A DNA stretch of 59,631 bases, filler included, from Candidatus Zhuqueibacterota bacterium (lineage in GTDB: Bacteria; BS750m-G25): NCBI GenBank assembly GCA_016783505.1. It is 2 parts of 2 records of this genome, joined end to end, with 100 filler letters (N's around TTAATTAATTAA, not from the genome) between each part and the next. Parts side by side here need not be neighbours in the genome. Positions count along the whole stretch, not along the records: positions 29,923 to 59,631 come from JADHWK010000027.1; 1 more part is not named here. One strand, written 5' to 3'. Position numbers and translations under genes: made by a program. Under the pieces are notes generated by a model. It had not been told where the DNA came from and made no database searches. It worked only from the letters and a program-made list of their open reading frames with translations. This document shows positions 40,639 through 51,585 of the stretch, one piece after another; position 1 is the first letter of the stretch; every line of letters starts with the position of its first letter.

Positions 40639-41217
40639 ATGTGGACAGCTGAAAAATTAAACCGAGAACCTCAGAAATCCTCAGAATACTTGGAGAAAAG
40701 CAAAAATATAATTACCCGAGTCTTCCTGCAATTTCTGTGTCTTCTGTGGATTTCTGTGTTCTCTATGTTAGGCTGTGGTTACTATTCCTTCTCCGGGTCC
40801 ATCCCTTCCCATATCAAGACGGTGGCTGTGCCCTTGTTTGAGGATCAGACCACCGAATACGGGGTAAAGGAGAAGCTGACCAACGCTGTGATAGATGCCT
40901 TTATTGCCGATAACACCCTGAAGATCGTTGACCAACGAAAGGCCGATTCCATCGTTTTGGGAACCATCCTGCGTATCGAAGATCCTCCTTACACTTTCGA
41001 TGAAGAAGAAAAGGTGCAGGATTATCGGCTTAATATTTATGTCAACGTAGAGTTCCTGGACGTCAAAAAGAACAAGACATTATTTGAGGAAAAATTATTG
41101 GGCTGGGACACTTATTCCGCTTTGGAAAACATCGAGGAGGAACGTCAACAGGCTATTGACGTGGCCATCAAAAATCTGACAGATGATATTCTCAATAAGG
41201 CCATTTCCGGTTGGTAA
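40639..41217 (+). CDS. lptE: LptE-family lipoprotein (true start uncertain)
   Basis: LGC lipobox followed by GYYSFSG..IKTVAVPLF. Confidence 0.75.
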   Translation: MWTAEKLNREPQKSSEYLEKSKNIITRVFLQFLCLLWISVFSMLGCGYYSFSGSIPSHIKTVAVPLFEDQTTEYGVKEKLTNAVIDAFIADNTLKIVDQRKADSIVLGTILRIEDPPYTFDEEEKVQDYRLNIYVNVEFLDVKKNKTLFEEKLLGWDTYSALENIEEERQQAIDVAIKNLTDDILNKAISGW

Positions 41218-41341
41218 TTTTACAACCCGGTATCCTGTAAATTGGTCAGAGTAACGTCCCAAGATCCATAGGGGAAGAATGGATAATTGGTAGTTGGATG
41301 AATGGAAGGATGGATTTTAACCTTTTTCTGGTAGCATAGCG

Positions 41342-42193
41342 ATGACAGTAAAAGAGTTGAAGAAACAAGCCCGCAGTAGTACGCTGGGGAAAGTCCGGTT
41401 GGCTGATCTCTATTTATCCCAAGGAAAGGTTAAAAAGGCGCTCCGGCTTTGCCGGAAGGGACTTAGGGTTGACCCCCAGCTCGGATTGGGCTATCTGATT
41501 CTGGGTAAGAGCCTGTTAAAATTGAAGCAGATGGAGCAGGCCTGTTCGGCTTTACAAAAGGCCCGGGAATTAGAGCCAGATAACGCCCAGGTATTGATCT
41601 GGTTGGGGCGGGTGTTTTTAGCCAGAGAGAACAAAGAGGGCTACATCGAAAGCCAGAAGCGGCTGCTGGAAATTGATCCCCTGGTTCCGGAACTGCGGGG
41701 CCCTGAGGAACGGCCCGAAGAACAGCACACCGTTGAAGTGGCGGGAGAAGAACTTGTGGATGAAAATCTCCCGACGTCAAAACCGGCAGAACCGGTTGAG
41801 AGTCCAGAAGAGTCGTCTGTTCCCCCCCAGAAGGAGGGGGGCGTTATGGTGGAAATGGCTGCTCCCCAAGAGGAAAGACCGTTACCTATATTTTCCCGAG
41901 AAAAGCTTGCTGAATCGGGACCGGTTATTGAAAAGGGGGAAGAGACCCCACCCCCTGAACCTCACCCCCATTACCAGGGGCCAACAGCGACCAAGACCCT
42001 GGCCGAAATTTATGCTTCGCAGGGCCAATATTCCAAGGCAATAAAAATTTATCGCCGCCTGATCGAACTGGATTCCTATGATGGCAACCTGAAGGTAAGG
42101 CTGGATTATTTAATCAGGAAAATGGAGGAAACCGAGCAGGCTGGTGAAACGGGAAATAGTGTTGACGATAAGATTACATTATCAACATCTTGA
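41342..42193 (+). CDS. TPR protein
   Basis: N-terminal TPRs, acidic linker, TKTLAEIYASQG. Confidence 0.8.
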   Translation: MTVKELKKQARSSTLGKVRLADLYLSQGKVKKALRLCRKGLRVDPQLGLGYLILGKSLLKLKQMEQACSALQKARELEPDNAQVLIWLGRVFLARENKEGYIESQKRLLEIDPLVPELRGPEERPEEQHTVEVAGEELVDENLPTSKPAEPVESPEESSVPPQKEGGVMVEMAAPQEERPLPIFSREKLAESGPVIEKGEETPPPEPHPHYQGPTATKTLAEIYASQGQYSKAIKIYRRLIELDSYDGNLKVRLDYLIRKMEETEQAGETGNSVDDKITLSTS

Positions 42194-42279
42194 TGTTTTT
42201 CCTCGCTGTCCTGGAGCTTCTGGAAGCCGGGTATGTTTAGCACAGTAATTATTATCTGGCCGAAAACACCCATATTTTT

Positions 42280-42471
42280 TATCATTCCGGCAATTTTTAA
42301 GCCGGAATCTTATCAATTTCGGTAATAGATTCCCGCTAAAAACATGCGGGAATGACAAACTCGGACAGACACTAATTAGATGTCATTCTGACCCCGACGA
42401 TTCGTGGGAAGAATCTCTACTTTAGATTCTTCATTTCGTCCCGAAAATTCGGGACTACATTCAGAATGACA
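42280..42471. repeat. Nested REP-like palindromes
   Basis: TCATTCCGG..GGAATC..GATTCC..GGGAATGAC and GTCATTCTGA..TCAGAATGAC. Confidence 0.7.
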
Positions 42472-42526
42472 AAATGAAAGGACAAAATTTTTAAGAAATG
42501 AGACTAAGTAAAAGCAAGGACTACCA

Positions 42527-43024
42527 ATGAAACTCAATCAAGTCATACGGGGACGGGTTTGGAAGCTGGGGGATGACGTGAATACCGACCTAATTTACCC
42601 CGGGAAATATCTACCGATTATAGATGCCCAGGAGATGGCCCTCCACGCCCTCGAGGGGATTGACACAGGATTTCCCCAAAGGATTCGGTCAGGGGACATC
42701 CTTGTAGCTGGGTCCAATTTTGGCTGTGGTTCTTCCAGGGAACAGGCGGCCACCTGTTTGAAGTTTGCCGGAATCGTCTGCATCATTGCCAAGTCCTTTT
42801 CCCGCATCTTCTTCCGGAACGCCATAAACCAGGGATTGCCGTTGATCCAGGCGGATGTGGTGGACAGAACCAGCGAAGGGGAAGAGATCACCGTGGATTT
42901 TGGAACTGGGAAGATTGGGGTCAAGGATGGGGAGATCCCCTTTCCCCCGTTACCAGATTTCCTCCGGGGTATCCTGGAAGACGGGGGGCTGATACCACAT
43001 ATTAAAAAACGGATGGCAGGATAG
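42527..43024 (+). CDS. leuD: 3-isopropylmalate dehydratase / homoaconitase small subunit
   Basis: DVNTDLI, NFGCGSSREQA, IFFRNAINQGL. Confidence 0.9.
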   Translation: MKLNQVIRGRVWKLGDDVNTDLIYPGKYLPIIDAQEMALHALEGIDTGFPQRIRSGDILVAGSNFGCGSSREQAATCLKFAGIVCIIAKSFSRIFFRNAINQGLPLIQADVVDRTSEGEEITVDFGTGKIGVKDGEIPFPPLPDFLRGILEDGGLIPHIKKRMAG

Positions 43025-43092
43025 ATGGTGGTATGATCGGCGGACAAATATCCAGAAACTAAATATGGCCCATTAATAAAATTATCAAAAAA

Positions 43093-43997
43093 ATGAAATT
43101 TCAAATAAAAACAGTCAAAATATCCTTTGTCGGGTTTGCCTTGGTCAGTATTGCCCTTTTTGGTATGGGTTGCGAAAAAGAAAGCCCAATGGAAGATTCA
43201 GAACAGGAAATTATCTTCACCAAGACCTTTGGCGGAAGTAGCGAAGATTATGGCAATTCCGTCCAGCAGACCACTGATGGGGGATACATCCTGACGGGAT
43301 ATACCGAGTCCTACGGTGCGGGTCATCCTGATGTCTGGCTTATCAAGACGAATATATGGAGCGATACGGTCTGGACAAAGACTTTCGGAGGAAGTAGTTA
43401 TGATCTTGGCCAATTTGTCCAGCAGACCGCCGATGGCGGGTATATTATTGCCGGGGAGACCCTATCCTACGGTGTAGGTAATGATGATGTCTGGCTTATC
43501 AAAACTGATGCCAATGGGTCAGAGGAATGGAACCGGACCTTTGGCGGAATTGATAGTGATTGGGGCTGGTCAGTCCAGCAGACCGCTGATAGGGGGTATA
43601 TCATCGCTGGAGGGACCCATTCTTACGGCACTGGTGGTGGTTCTGGCTTATCAAGACCGACGTCATTGGGAATGAGGAATGGAACCAGACCTTCGGCGGG
43701 AGTTCTGATGATGGTAGCTGGTCCGTTCAGCAGACCACCGATGGAGGATATATCATTGCCGGGTATACCATGTCTTACGGCGCAGCTTCTTATGATGTCT
43801 GGCTCATTAAGACCGACGTCAATGGGAATGAGGAATGGAACCGTACCTTTGGCGGGAGTTCTCTTGATCGTGGCTATTCCGTCCAGCAGACCGCCGATGG
43901 CGGGCATATCATAGCTGGTTATACCTTCTCTTACGGTACTGGTTATGCTGATGTCTGGCTTATCAAGACTGACGCCCAGGGCAATACTGAAGAATAG
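43093..43997 (+). pseudogene. Repeat lipoprotein, frameshifted near 43640
   Basis: MGC lipobox; QQTx[13 protein letters not shown] repeats continue in another frame to 43997. Confidence 0.8.
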
Positions 43998-44111
43998 ATA
44001 GAACATGGATTACAGATCGGCCCGGGCAACTATCTCTGGCAAAATAGTTTGTCCTTTTTATGATTTTTAACTCTAAATAATTATTCCTAATTTACTTTCA
44101 AAGATTTTCCA

Positions 44112-44720
44112 TTGAATCCTATGTTGATCGGAGTTACCGGGGGCATCGGCAGCGGGACCAGCACGGTCTGTAAGATATTGCAAAGCCTTGGGGTTGTAAT
44201 CATTGATGCTGATCAGATTGGGAAAGAGGTGGTGGAAAACAACCCGGAAATTCTGGGACAACTCAAATCCCATTTCGACCCCACCATCTTTGACCACGAG
44301 GGAAAGCTAAAACGACAGGAACTTGGGGACCTGATCTTCGCTGATCCTGGGAAGAAAAAAAATCTGGATTGGTTAGTCTTTCCATTTCTGAAAAAAGAGC
44401 TGGACCGGCAAGTAGCAGTAGCATTAAAGAAAAGTAAAATGGTAGCCGTGGATGCCGCCCTGATCTACGAGTGGGGGATCGAGGGCCAATTTGACGGGAT
44501 ATTGGTGGTCACCGCCCCGATAGAAGAGAGAATCCGACGCATCATGAGGCGGGATCACCTGACCCGGCAGAGGATTTTGGATAGGATCGGGTCCCAGTTG
44601 CCCCTTGAGGAGAAGGTCGGCCGGGCGGATTGGGTCATCGAAAATAACGGGACTCCGGAAGAGCTGACCGCTAAAGTTACCGCCATCGTCCCTAAAATCC
44701 TGGCTGTCCCCATGAAATAA
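44112..44720 (+). CDS. coaE: Dephospho-CoA kinase
   Basis: GVTGGIGSG, IDAD, ADWVIEN. Confidence 0.92.
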   Translation: MNPMLIGVTGGIGSGTSTVCKILQSLGVVIIDADQIGKEVVENNPEILGQLKSHFDPTIFDHEGKLKRQELGDLIFADPGKKKNLDWLVFPFLKKELDRQVAVALKKSKMVAVDAALIYEWGIEGQFDGILVVTAPIEERIRRIMRRDHLTRQRILDRIGSQLPLEEKVGRADWVIENNGTPEELTAKVTAIVPKILAVPMK

Positions 44721-44777
44721 ATCATTAAAACAGTTGACTTTTGATGGAATAATTGTTATTTTTAACAAAGTTGATCC

Positions 44778-46088
44778 ATGGCTAAACGATTCGCAATCGA
44801 GACATACGGCTGCCAGATGAACAAGGCCGACAGCGAACTGGTGACGGCGATTCTTGAGAATGAAGGCTGGACACCGGTTGACGATTTGGGTGAGGCCGAT
44901 CTGATCCTGGTCAATACCTGCGGGGTGCGGGAGCATGCGGAGAGGAGAGTACTAGGGCGGCTCGATCAGTTGAAGGTATTGAAGAAAAGAACCCCCGGGG
45001 TTAAAATAGGTGTTCTGGGATGCATGGCTCAGAGATTATCCCGGCGGATTATAAAGGAAAAACCTTTCGTAAATCTGATTATGGGCCCCGATTCCTACCG
45101 CAAACTGCCCCAATACCTCGACGGCCCCTCCACCTGCTACAGGGACGTTATTATAGATGATCAACTCGATACCACTGAGACCTATGAGGGTATTTTCCCC
45201 GTCCGTAGGTCTGGTATTTCTGCCTGGGTTACCATTATGCGGGGCTGTAACAATTTCTGCTCCTACTGCGTGGTACCCTATACCCGGGGCCGGGAGAGGA
45301 GCCGGCCGCTGGATTCCATAATGGGGGAGGTCCGTAACCTGACCGACCGGGGTTTCTTAGAGGTGACCCTGCTGGGACAGAACGTCAACTCCTACCGGGA
45401 CGATGACCACGATTTCCTCAGCCTGTTGGAGAAGGTGAGCCGGACCCCAGGCATCAAACGGGTGCGATTCACTACGTCTCACCCCAAGGATTTATCTAAA
45501 CAATTACTTGAGGTAATGGCAGAAACCGATGTAATATGCAACCATATTCATCTTCCGGTCCAATCGGGTTCGGATCATATATTGAAACGAATGAACCGGA
45601 AATATACCCGGGAACAGTACGTAGCTTTGGTCCACAAAATAAGGGAAATGATTCCAGATGTAGGGTTGACCACTGATATTATGGTCGGTTTCCCCGGGGA
45701 GAGTCCCCGTGACTTCGAGGAAACACTGACTTTGGTTGATGAGGTCGGTTTTGACAGCGCTTTCACCTTTCGGTACTCTGTCCGTGAAGGAACTTCGGCC
45801 GCCCGACTGACCGATGATGTGCTCGAGGGTGAGAAGATCGAACGGCTGAACCGATTGATCGAGCTGCAGCAAGGGATTACAGAGGAAAAATATCAAAAGA
45901 TGGTCGGTCGCACTGTGGAAGTTTTGCTAGAAGGGGAGAGCAAACGTAATCCCCGGGAGATGGTGGGGCGAGCGGATGACTATAAAATGGTCGTTCTTCC
46001 CGGGGACGGCTGTGCAGGTAGGGATTTTGTGAGGGCAAAAATTACCCGTGCTTCTGGTCATACCTTATTCGGGGATCCTGTTATATAA
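44778..46088 (+). CDS. miaB: tRNA methylthiotransferase MiaB
   Basis: TYGCQMN, CNNFCSYC, TRAM domain. Confidence 0.97.
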   Translation: MAKRFAIETYGCQMNKADSELVTAILENEGWTPVDDLGEADLILVNTCGVREHAERRVLGRLDQLKVLKKRTPGVKIGVLGCMAQRLSRRIIKEKPFVNLIMGPDSYRKLPQYLDGPSTCYRDVIIDDQLDTTETYEGIFPVRRSGISAWVTIMRGCNNFCSYCVVPYTRGRERSRPLDSIMGEVRNLTDRGFLEVTLLGQNVNSYRDDDHDFLSLLEKVSRTPGIKRVRFTTSHPKDLSKQLLEVMAETDVICNHIHLPVQSGSDHILKRMNRKYTREQYVALVHKIREMIPDVGLTTDIMVGFPGESPRDFEETLTLVDEVGFDSAFTFRYSVREGTSAARLTDDVLEGEKIERLNRLIELQQGITEEKYQKMVGRTVEVLLEGESKRNPREMVGRADDYKMVVLPGDGCAGRDFVRAKITRASGHTLFGDPVI

Positions 46089-46149
46089 AGGGAGAGTTAA
46101 CCTTAATATTTTAGCCACCTGAATCTGCTAAATCTTAACGGAGGGAGAA

Positions 46150-46530
46150 ATGAAATTATTGCAGACCTTTTTGCTGTTAGCGCTGTTGGTCTTGATCATC
46201 ATTTTCTTGGGCCGCAATGTGGGCCAAAACGTGACCGTGGTGGACCTATTCGGCAAAAAGTTCCAGGATGTTAACGTGGTGTGGTTAATGCTGGTTGCCT
46301 TCGCCATCGGGGCCATTATTGGCTGGGTGGTGTCCTTCTTCCAAGTGGTGGGGGCCAAGATCGAATGCGGGAAGCTGAGTCGGGAGGCCAAGAGATTGCG
46401 TGGGGAATTGGACCGGTTGCGCAATTTAGCCCTGGAGGAAGAAGTCCCGGAACCCATCAAAGAGGAAGAGATCGTTAAGGTGGAAGCAGAAGGGGAAAAA
46501 GAGACCGAAGAGAAATCAGATAAAGGGTGA
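46150..46530 (+). CDS. lapA: LapA-family protein
   Basis: Two TM helices plus coiled coil; upstream of lapB. Confidence 0.75.
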   Translation: MKLLQTFLLLALLVLIIIFLGRNVGQNVTVVDLFGKKFQDVNVVWLMLVAFAIGAIIGWVVSFFQVVGAKIECGKLSREAKRLRGELDRLRNLALEEEVPEPIKEEEIVKVEAEGEKETEEKSDKG

Positions 46531-47687
46531 TGACTATGGAAAAATGGATGATCTATGTCATTATCGGCGTTGCTGTCCTGTTACTGCTATTCTTTTTCAT
46601 CGTCCTCCAGCGCCGTTCCCGCCGTAGGCTCGGGGGGTCGCCCTACACCGAGGCCCTGAACGCTATTATCAACGGGGATGAAGATCGGGCCTTGCTGAAA
46701 TTGAAAGAGACGGTGCGGCAGGATACGACTAATGTGGATGCCTACATTAAGATGGGAAACCTCCTTCGAAAGCACGGTGAGGTAGCCCGGGCCATCAAAA
46801 TTCACCGGGACCTCACCGCCCGGGATGACCTTACCCCCTTTCAGCAGGTAGAAATTTATAAGGGGTTGATCCTGGACTTCCAGGCGGCGGACGATCCAGA
46901 AAGGGCCATTAAATACGTGGATAAGTTGCTGGATATGGATAAGAGAAATGAATGGGCCTGGCAGGAGAAGTTGAAGATCTACGAAAAAAGCGGTCAGTGG
47001 GCAAAGGCCTTTGATACGACGAAAAAAATCCTCGGTCGTAAAAAGGAGAAGGGCCCCAGGCTGTTGGCCCTTTACAAGGTGGAGGAGGGACTTTTCGAGA
47101 TGGCCAAAGGTCAGGAAAAGGAGGGCCGAATTCGGCTGAGGGAAGCGCTGAAGATTGACTATACCTGTCCCCCCGCTTACCTCCATCGTGGTGAATCCTA
47201 CTTCCGGGAAGGACGTCGGGAAGATGCCATCAAGGAATGGGAAAAATTTGTGAAGGTGAACCCCCGCCTGTCCCATCTGGTCTTCAAACGGCTGGAGGAG
47301 AATCTCTATGAGGAGGGCAAGTTCGGCCAGATTGAGGAGCTCTACCAGGGGGTGATTGATTCCCATCCCCAAAACGCCCGGGCCGTCATTGCCCTTGCAA
47401 ATTTCTACGAACGTAAGGGGGAAACGGAAACGGCTATTGAGATATTAGAAAAAGGACTTGAGGCGAGCCCGGGTGACATACCCTTGCAAAGGAATTTAAT
47501 CCGATGCTATTACAAGCAGGGTAATACGGAAAAGGTCGTTTCCCTGGGAATGGAGGTAGTAGAAAGCTTCATTGAGGAGAAGGAAAGCTACCACTGTGGT
47601 CAATGTGGGTTTACCACAGATGAGCCGGCCTGGCACTGCCGAAAATGCGGGGCCTGGGATAGTTTTTTAGGGGAAGTAGGCTCTTAA
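46527..47687 (+). CDS. lapB: LapB-like protein
   Basis: N-terminal TM, TPRs, C-terminal CGQC..CRKC rubredoxin motif. Confidence 0.85.
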   Translation: MMTMEKWMIYVIIGVAVLLLLFFFIVLQRRSRRRLGGSPYTEALNAIINGDEDRALLKLKETVRQDTTNVDAYIKMGNLLRKHGEVARAIKIHRDLTARDDLTPFQQVEIYKGLILDFQAADDPERAIKYVDKLLDMDKRNEWAWQEKLKIYEKSGQWAKAFDTTKKILGRKKEKGPRLLALYKVEEGLFEMAKGQEKEGRIRLREALKIDYTCPPAYLHRGESYFREGRREDAIKEWEKFVKVNPRLSHLVFKRLEENLYEEGKFGQIEELYQGVIDSHPQNARAVIALANFYERKGETETAIEILEKGLEASPGDIPLQRNLIRCYYKQGNTEKVVSLGMEVVESFIEEKESYHCGQCGFTTDEPAWHCRKCGAWDSFLGEVGS

Positions 47688-47688
47688 T

Positions 47689-48357
47689 ATGAGAATTTGT
47701 TTAAATCTATTCCTTTTAATTCTTATAGTCATTTGGTTAAGCCCTGCTTTTTCTTCTGAGCCAAAGGAGGTCGCCGAAGGGGTAAAACTTTACGAGAAGG
47801 GGGAGCTTGACCAACTGGAAAAACGGGTTCCCGATTTAGTGGTCCGATATCCGGACAACCCGGACGTGATCTACTTTAAGGCCCTGTTTACACGGGATGG
47901 GGAGGAGGCCTTAAGGCTTTTCAAAAGGGTCCATCAACTCTATCCCAAGAGTCGGTTTGCGAGTGAGGCCCTTTACCGGGTATACCAGTATTACTTCGCC
48001 CGGGGTTATTATAAGAAGGCCACGGAAATCTGGGCGACAATTGAGGATAATTACCCTTCGCTGGCAAACCGCAAGGGAGATGAGAAGGTGCAGGGGGGTG
48101 GGGTTGAACCCAGAGCCCAGCCTTCATTACCGCGATATACAGTTCAAATTGGGGCCTTTGCGGACAGGAAGAACGCCGAGAGACTTCAAATAAAATTCAA
48201 AGAGAACTATACCACCACTATTGCCGAAAAGACGGTAGATAACCGCACTTTTTACTTAGTGTGGGTGGGGCGTTTTCAGGATAGGGAAAGCGCCCTTCAA
48301 TTCGGTCAGAAAATGAAAAAAACCCATGGCATTCCCTTTCAGGTGGTAGAAAGGTAA
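47689..48357 (+). CDS. TPR plus SPOR domain protein
   Basis: Signal peptide; YTVQIGAF..NAERL. Confidence 0.85.
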   Translation: MRICLNLFLLILIVIWLSPAFSSEPKEVAEGVKLYEKGELDQLEKRVPDLVVRYPDNPDVIYFKALFTRDGEEALRLFKRVHQLYPKSRFASEALYRVYQYYFARGYYKKATEIWATIEDNYPSLANRKGDEKVQGGGVEPRAQPSLPRYTVQIGAFADRKNAERLQIKFKENYTTTIAEKTVDNRTFYLVWVGRFQDRESALQFGQKMKKTHGIPFQVVER

Positions 48358-48606
48358 TGCCCTCTTAACGTGGAGTGCATCCCGAGTATTCGGGATGCAT
48401 CTGCAACCCCGAGACTTCGGGGTAATCCTCGACTATTGATACCCGAGGAATTGCGGCGGATGATACGACCGTAGGGAAACATCTACAGAGAGCGAGGGAA
48501 AAAGAGTTCTTTCTCCGAAGCTTAAACCACGAACCCTCGTGGTTTTTTGATTTGCTCAGAAGACGACTTTACAAAGTTTCCTGAAACATCTAGTTAACGT
48601 TTCGAA

Positions 48607-51225
48607 ATGACATCCATATCTACACCATTAATCGAGCAATATCTCAAGATAAAGGCCCAGCACAAAGGGGCGGTGCTCTTCTTCCGTATGGGGGACTTCT
48701 ACGAGATGTTCTACGACGACGCCAAGATCGCCTCCAAGGTGCTGGGGATCACTCTTACCTCCCGGGCCCACGGGAAGGCGGCGGACGTCCCCTTAGCCGG
48801 TTTTCCATACCACGCCTTGGAAAGCTATCTGGCCAAGTTTATCAAGGCCGGATATAAAGTGGCCATTTGCGAACAGGTGGAGGACCCCAAGTTGGCCAAG
48901 GGCATTGTGAAACGGGAGGTCATCGAAGTGGTGACGGCTGGTACCTCCCTCTTCAATAAAATCTTGGAGACGAAGAAAAATAACTTCCTGATGGCTGTCT
49001 ATCTGAACGAACAGGAAAGTGGACTCGCCTTCCTCGACCTCTCCACCGGCGAATTTTCAGCGGGTGATTCACCCCTGCGGGGGCTCTTCGAAGCGGTCAG
49101 GTCCATCGAACCCTCCGAAATCCTGATTCCCGAAGGCCAGCGGGAAACATTCGATGCCAGCTTCAAAGGACTGGATGATCCCGTAATTACCCCCCTGGAG
49201 GATTATCTTTTCAGCCAAGATTTTGCCCGTGAAACCCTGATTGAGCACTTTAAGACCCAATCCCTCAAGGGGTTCGGGATCGGGGACCTCAGAGGGGGAA
49301 TCCCGGCGGCCGGGGCTATCATGGCCTATGTGCGGGAGAACCAGCCCGCCGCCACGGTCCACATCACCCGCCTGTCCCGCCATGATGATTCGGAAATCCT
49401 GTGGCTTGACGCCACTACCCGACGCAACCTGGAACTTACCGAGACCCTCTGGGGCGGGGGGGGACGGGGGACGCTGCTGGGGGTGCTGGATCATACCCGG
49501 ACGGCAATGGGGGGAAGGTTGATAAAACGATGGCTGATTCGACCACTTCGCAAACTGGATGTTATAAACCAGAGGCTGGATGGGGTGGCCCAGATGGTGG
49601 ATGATCATGCCCTCCGTGAGGAGCTGGCAGCCATCCTGATAGGGACCGGAGACTTAGAACGGCTCATTACCCGCATCTCCGCCGGGCGGGCTAACCCCAG
49701 GGAGGTGATCCAGTTAGAAGAAACCCTTGCAAAAATTCCCCTGCTGAAAAAGGCTCTGAAGGATCGCCGGGCTTCCATGTTAAATCAGATCGGACTCAAT
49801 CTGGGGGAATTCGATGACTTAACCTCGTTAATAGAGCAGGCGCTGGTGGCCGATCCCCCGTTGGCCCTGAATCAGGGGGGACTCTTCAAAAAGGGATATA
49901 ATCGGGAACTGGATGAATTAAGGGTAATCTCATCCTCCGGGAAGGACTGGATTTTAGCCCTGCAGCGAAAGGAGAGCAAACGAACGGGGATCCACTCCCT
50001 GAAGGTGGGTTATAATAGGGTTTTCGGTTATTATTTGGAAATAACCAGGTCCCATCTGAGCAAGGTTCCCCCTGAATACATCCGCAGACAGACCTTGGTT
50101 AATGCTGAGCGATTTATTACCCCAGAGCTTAAGGAATACGAAGAAAAAGTGCTCAACGCCGAGGAACGGATCTACGCCTTAGAATACGAGCTCTTTTGTG
50201 AACTCCGTGAGAAGGTCGCCCTACGGACGGCTGAGGTCCAGCAGAGTGCCCGCCTGATAGCCCAACTGGACTGTCTGCTGTCCCTGGTTGAAGCGGCAGT
50301 CCGCCACGACTATCATCGTCCCCAGCTTAACCTAAGCGATAAAATCCATATTGAAGAGAGCCGCCACCCGGTGGTGGAACTCCTGCTCCCCCCGGGGGAG
50401 AAGTTCATTCCCAACGACGTAACCATCAACACGGCTACCGATCAGATCCTGATCGTCACCGGCCCCAACATGGCGGGTAAGTCCACCTACTTGAGGCAGG
50501 TGGGTTTAATCGTCATCATGGCACAGATGGGGTCGTTTGTCCCCGCTAAAAGGGCGGAGATTGGCCTGGTGGACAAGATCTTCACCCGGGTGGGGGCAAC
50601 CGACAATTTGGCCGGGGGGGAGAGCACCTTTCTGGTGGAGATGAACGAGACGGCCAACATCCTAAACAACGCCACTCCCAAAAGTCTAATACTTTTAGAC
50701 GAAATCGGTCGGGGAACGTCTACCTTTGACGGTCTCTCCATCGCCTGGTCGGTGGCGGAATACCTGCATAACACCCCGAGGGTGGCTGCTAAGACCCTAT
50801 TCGCTACTCATTACCACGAGCTGACCGAACTGGAATTGATTATGCCCCGGGTGAAAAATTATAATGTAGAAGTACGAGAATGGGGGGATGAGGTGGTTTT
50901 CTTAAGGAAGATCGTCCCCGGAGGATGCGATCACTCCTACGGTATTCAGGTGGCCAGGCTGGCGGGCTTGCCCCCGGGGATTATTGATCGCGCCAAAGAA
51001 GTGCTCCAGAATCTGGAGGAAAACGAACTGACAGTGGATGATAAGCCCAAACTGGCGGCCCAGAAAAAACCAAAGGATACGGGGCAACTCGACATATTCG
51101 CCGCTCAGGAAAATGCCCTCAGGGACATCATTGAAGGTTTGGAAATAAACAAAATGACCCCACTGGAGGCAATCCAGAAGCTGGATGAGATGAAAAAGAT
51201 GTTAAAAGATAGTGGAATAAAATAA
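48607..51225 (+). CDS. mutS: DNA mismatch repair protein MutS
   Basis: GDFYE, GPNMAGKST, DEIGRGTS, SYGI. Confidence 0.98.
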   Translation: MTSISTPLIEQYLKIKAQHKGAVLFFRMGDFYEMFYDDAKIASKVLGITLTSRAHGKAADVPLAGFPYHALESYLAKFIKAGYKVAICEQVEDPKLAKGIVKREVIEVVTAGTSLFNKILETKKNNFLMAVYLNEQESGLAFLDLSTGEFSAGDSPLRGLFEAVRSIEPSEILIPEGQRETFDASFKGLDDPVITPLEDYLFSQDFARETLIEHFKTQSLKGFGIGDLRGGIPAAGAIMAYVRENQPAATVHITRLSRHDDSEILWLDATTRRNLELTETLWGGGGRGTLLGVLDHTRTAMGGRLIKRWLIRPLRKLDVINQRLDGVAQMVDDHALREELAAILIGTGDLERLITRISAGRANPREVIQLEETLAKIPLLKKALKDRRASMLNQIGLNLGEFDDLTSLIEQALVADPPLALNQGGLFKKGYNRELDELRVISSSGKDWILALQRKESKRTGIHSLKVGYNRVFGYYLEITRSHLSKVPPEYIRRQTLVNAERFITPELKEYEEKVLNAEERIYALEYELFCELREKVALRTAEVQQSARLIAQLDCLLSLVEAAVRHDYHRPQLNLSDKIHIEESRHPVVELLLPPGEKFIPNDVTINTATDQILIVTGPNMAGKSTYLRQVGLIVIMAQMGSFVPAKRAEIGLVDKIFTRVGATDNLAGGESTFLVEMNETANILNNATPKSLILLDEIGRGTSTFDGLSIAWSVAEYLHNTPRVAAKTLFATHYHELTELELIMPRVKNYNVEVREWGDEVVFLRKIVPGGCDHSYGIQVARLAGLPPGIIDRAKEVLQNLEENELTVDDKPKLAAQKKPKDTGQLDIFAAQENALRDIIEGLEINKMTPLEAIQKLDEMKKMLKDSGIK

Positions 51226-51233
51226 TTTTTTAC

Positions 51234-51262
51234 TTGACTTTAAATGAAAGAATTGGTATATT
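51234..51262 (+). promoter_or_regulatory. Sigma70-type promoter
   Basis: TTGACT-N17-TATATT. Confidence 0.7.
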
Positions 51263-51585
51263 ATATTGAAGATTTAGGAGTTGCGATATTATCCTTTGCT
51301 AGGTATTTTGTCGGTTCACTTTAGTTGGAATTAGATTTTGAGAACCCATGCCTAGCAACCATACCGAGCTGCCGGAGGAGGGTGGGTCGGTTTTTTTATT
51401 GTTATTAGTACATCACAATCAGTCAAGACTATATCGAATTGTCTGAATTTTAAAGAGTTCAAAGATTGCCTAAATTTCAAAAATTTCAAAGATTGCTTAA
51501 ATTTTAAGAAATCGCTTGAACCGCAGGCAATCTTGGCAATATACTTTCTTCTAAGCATTATCTACTGATTATTGATAGGAAACGT

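Noticed and set aside
42527-43024. leuD without an adjacent leuC
   Set aside because: Split leuC/leuD arrangements are common, so this is not informative alone
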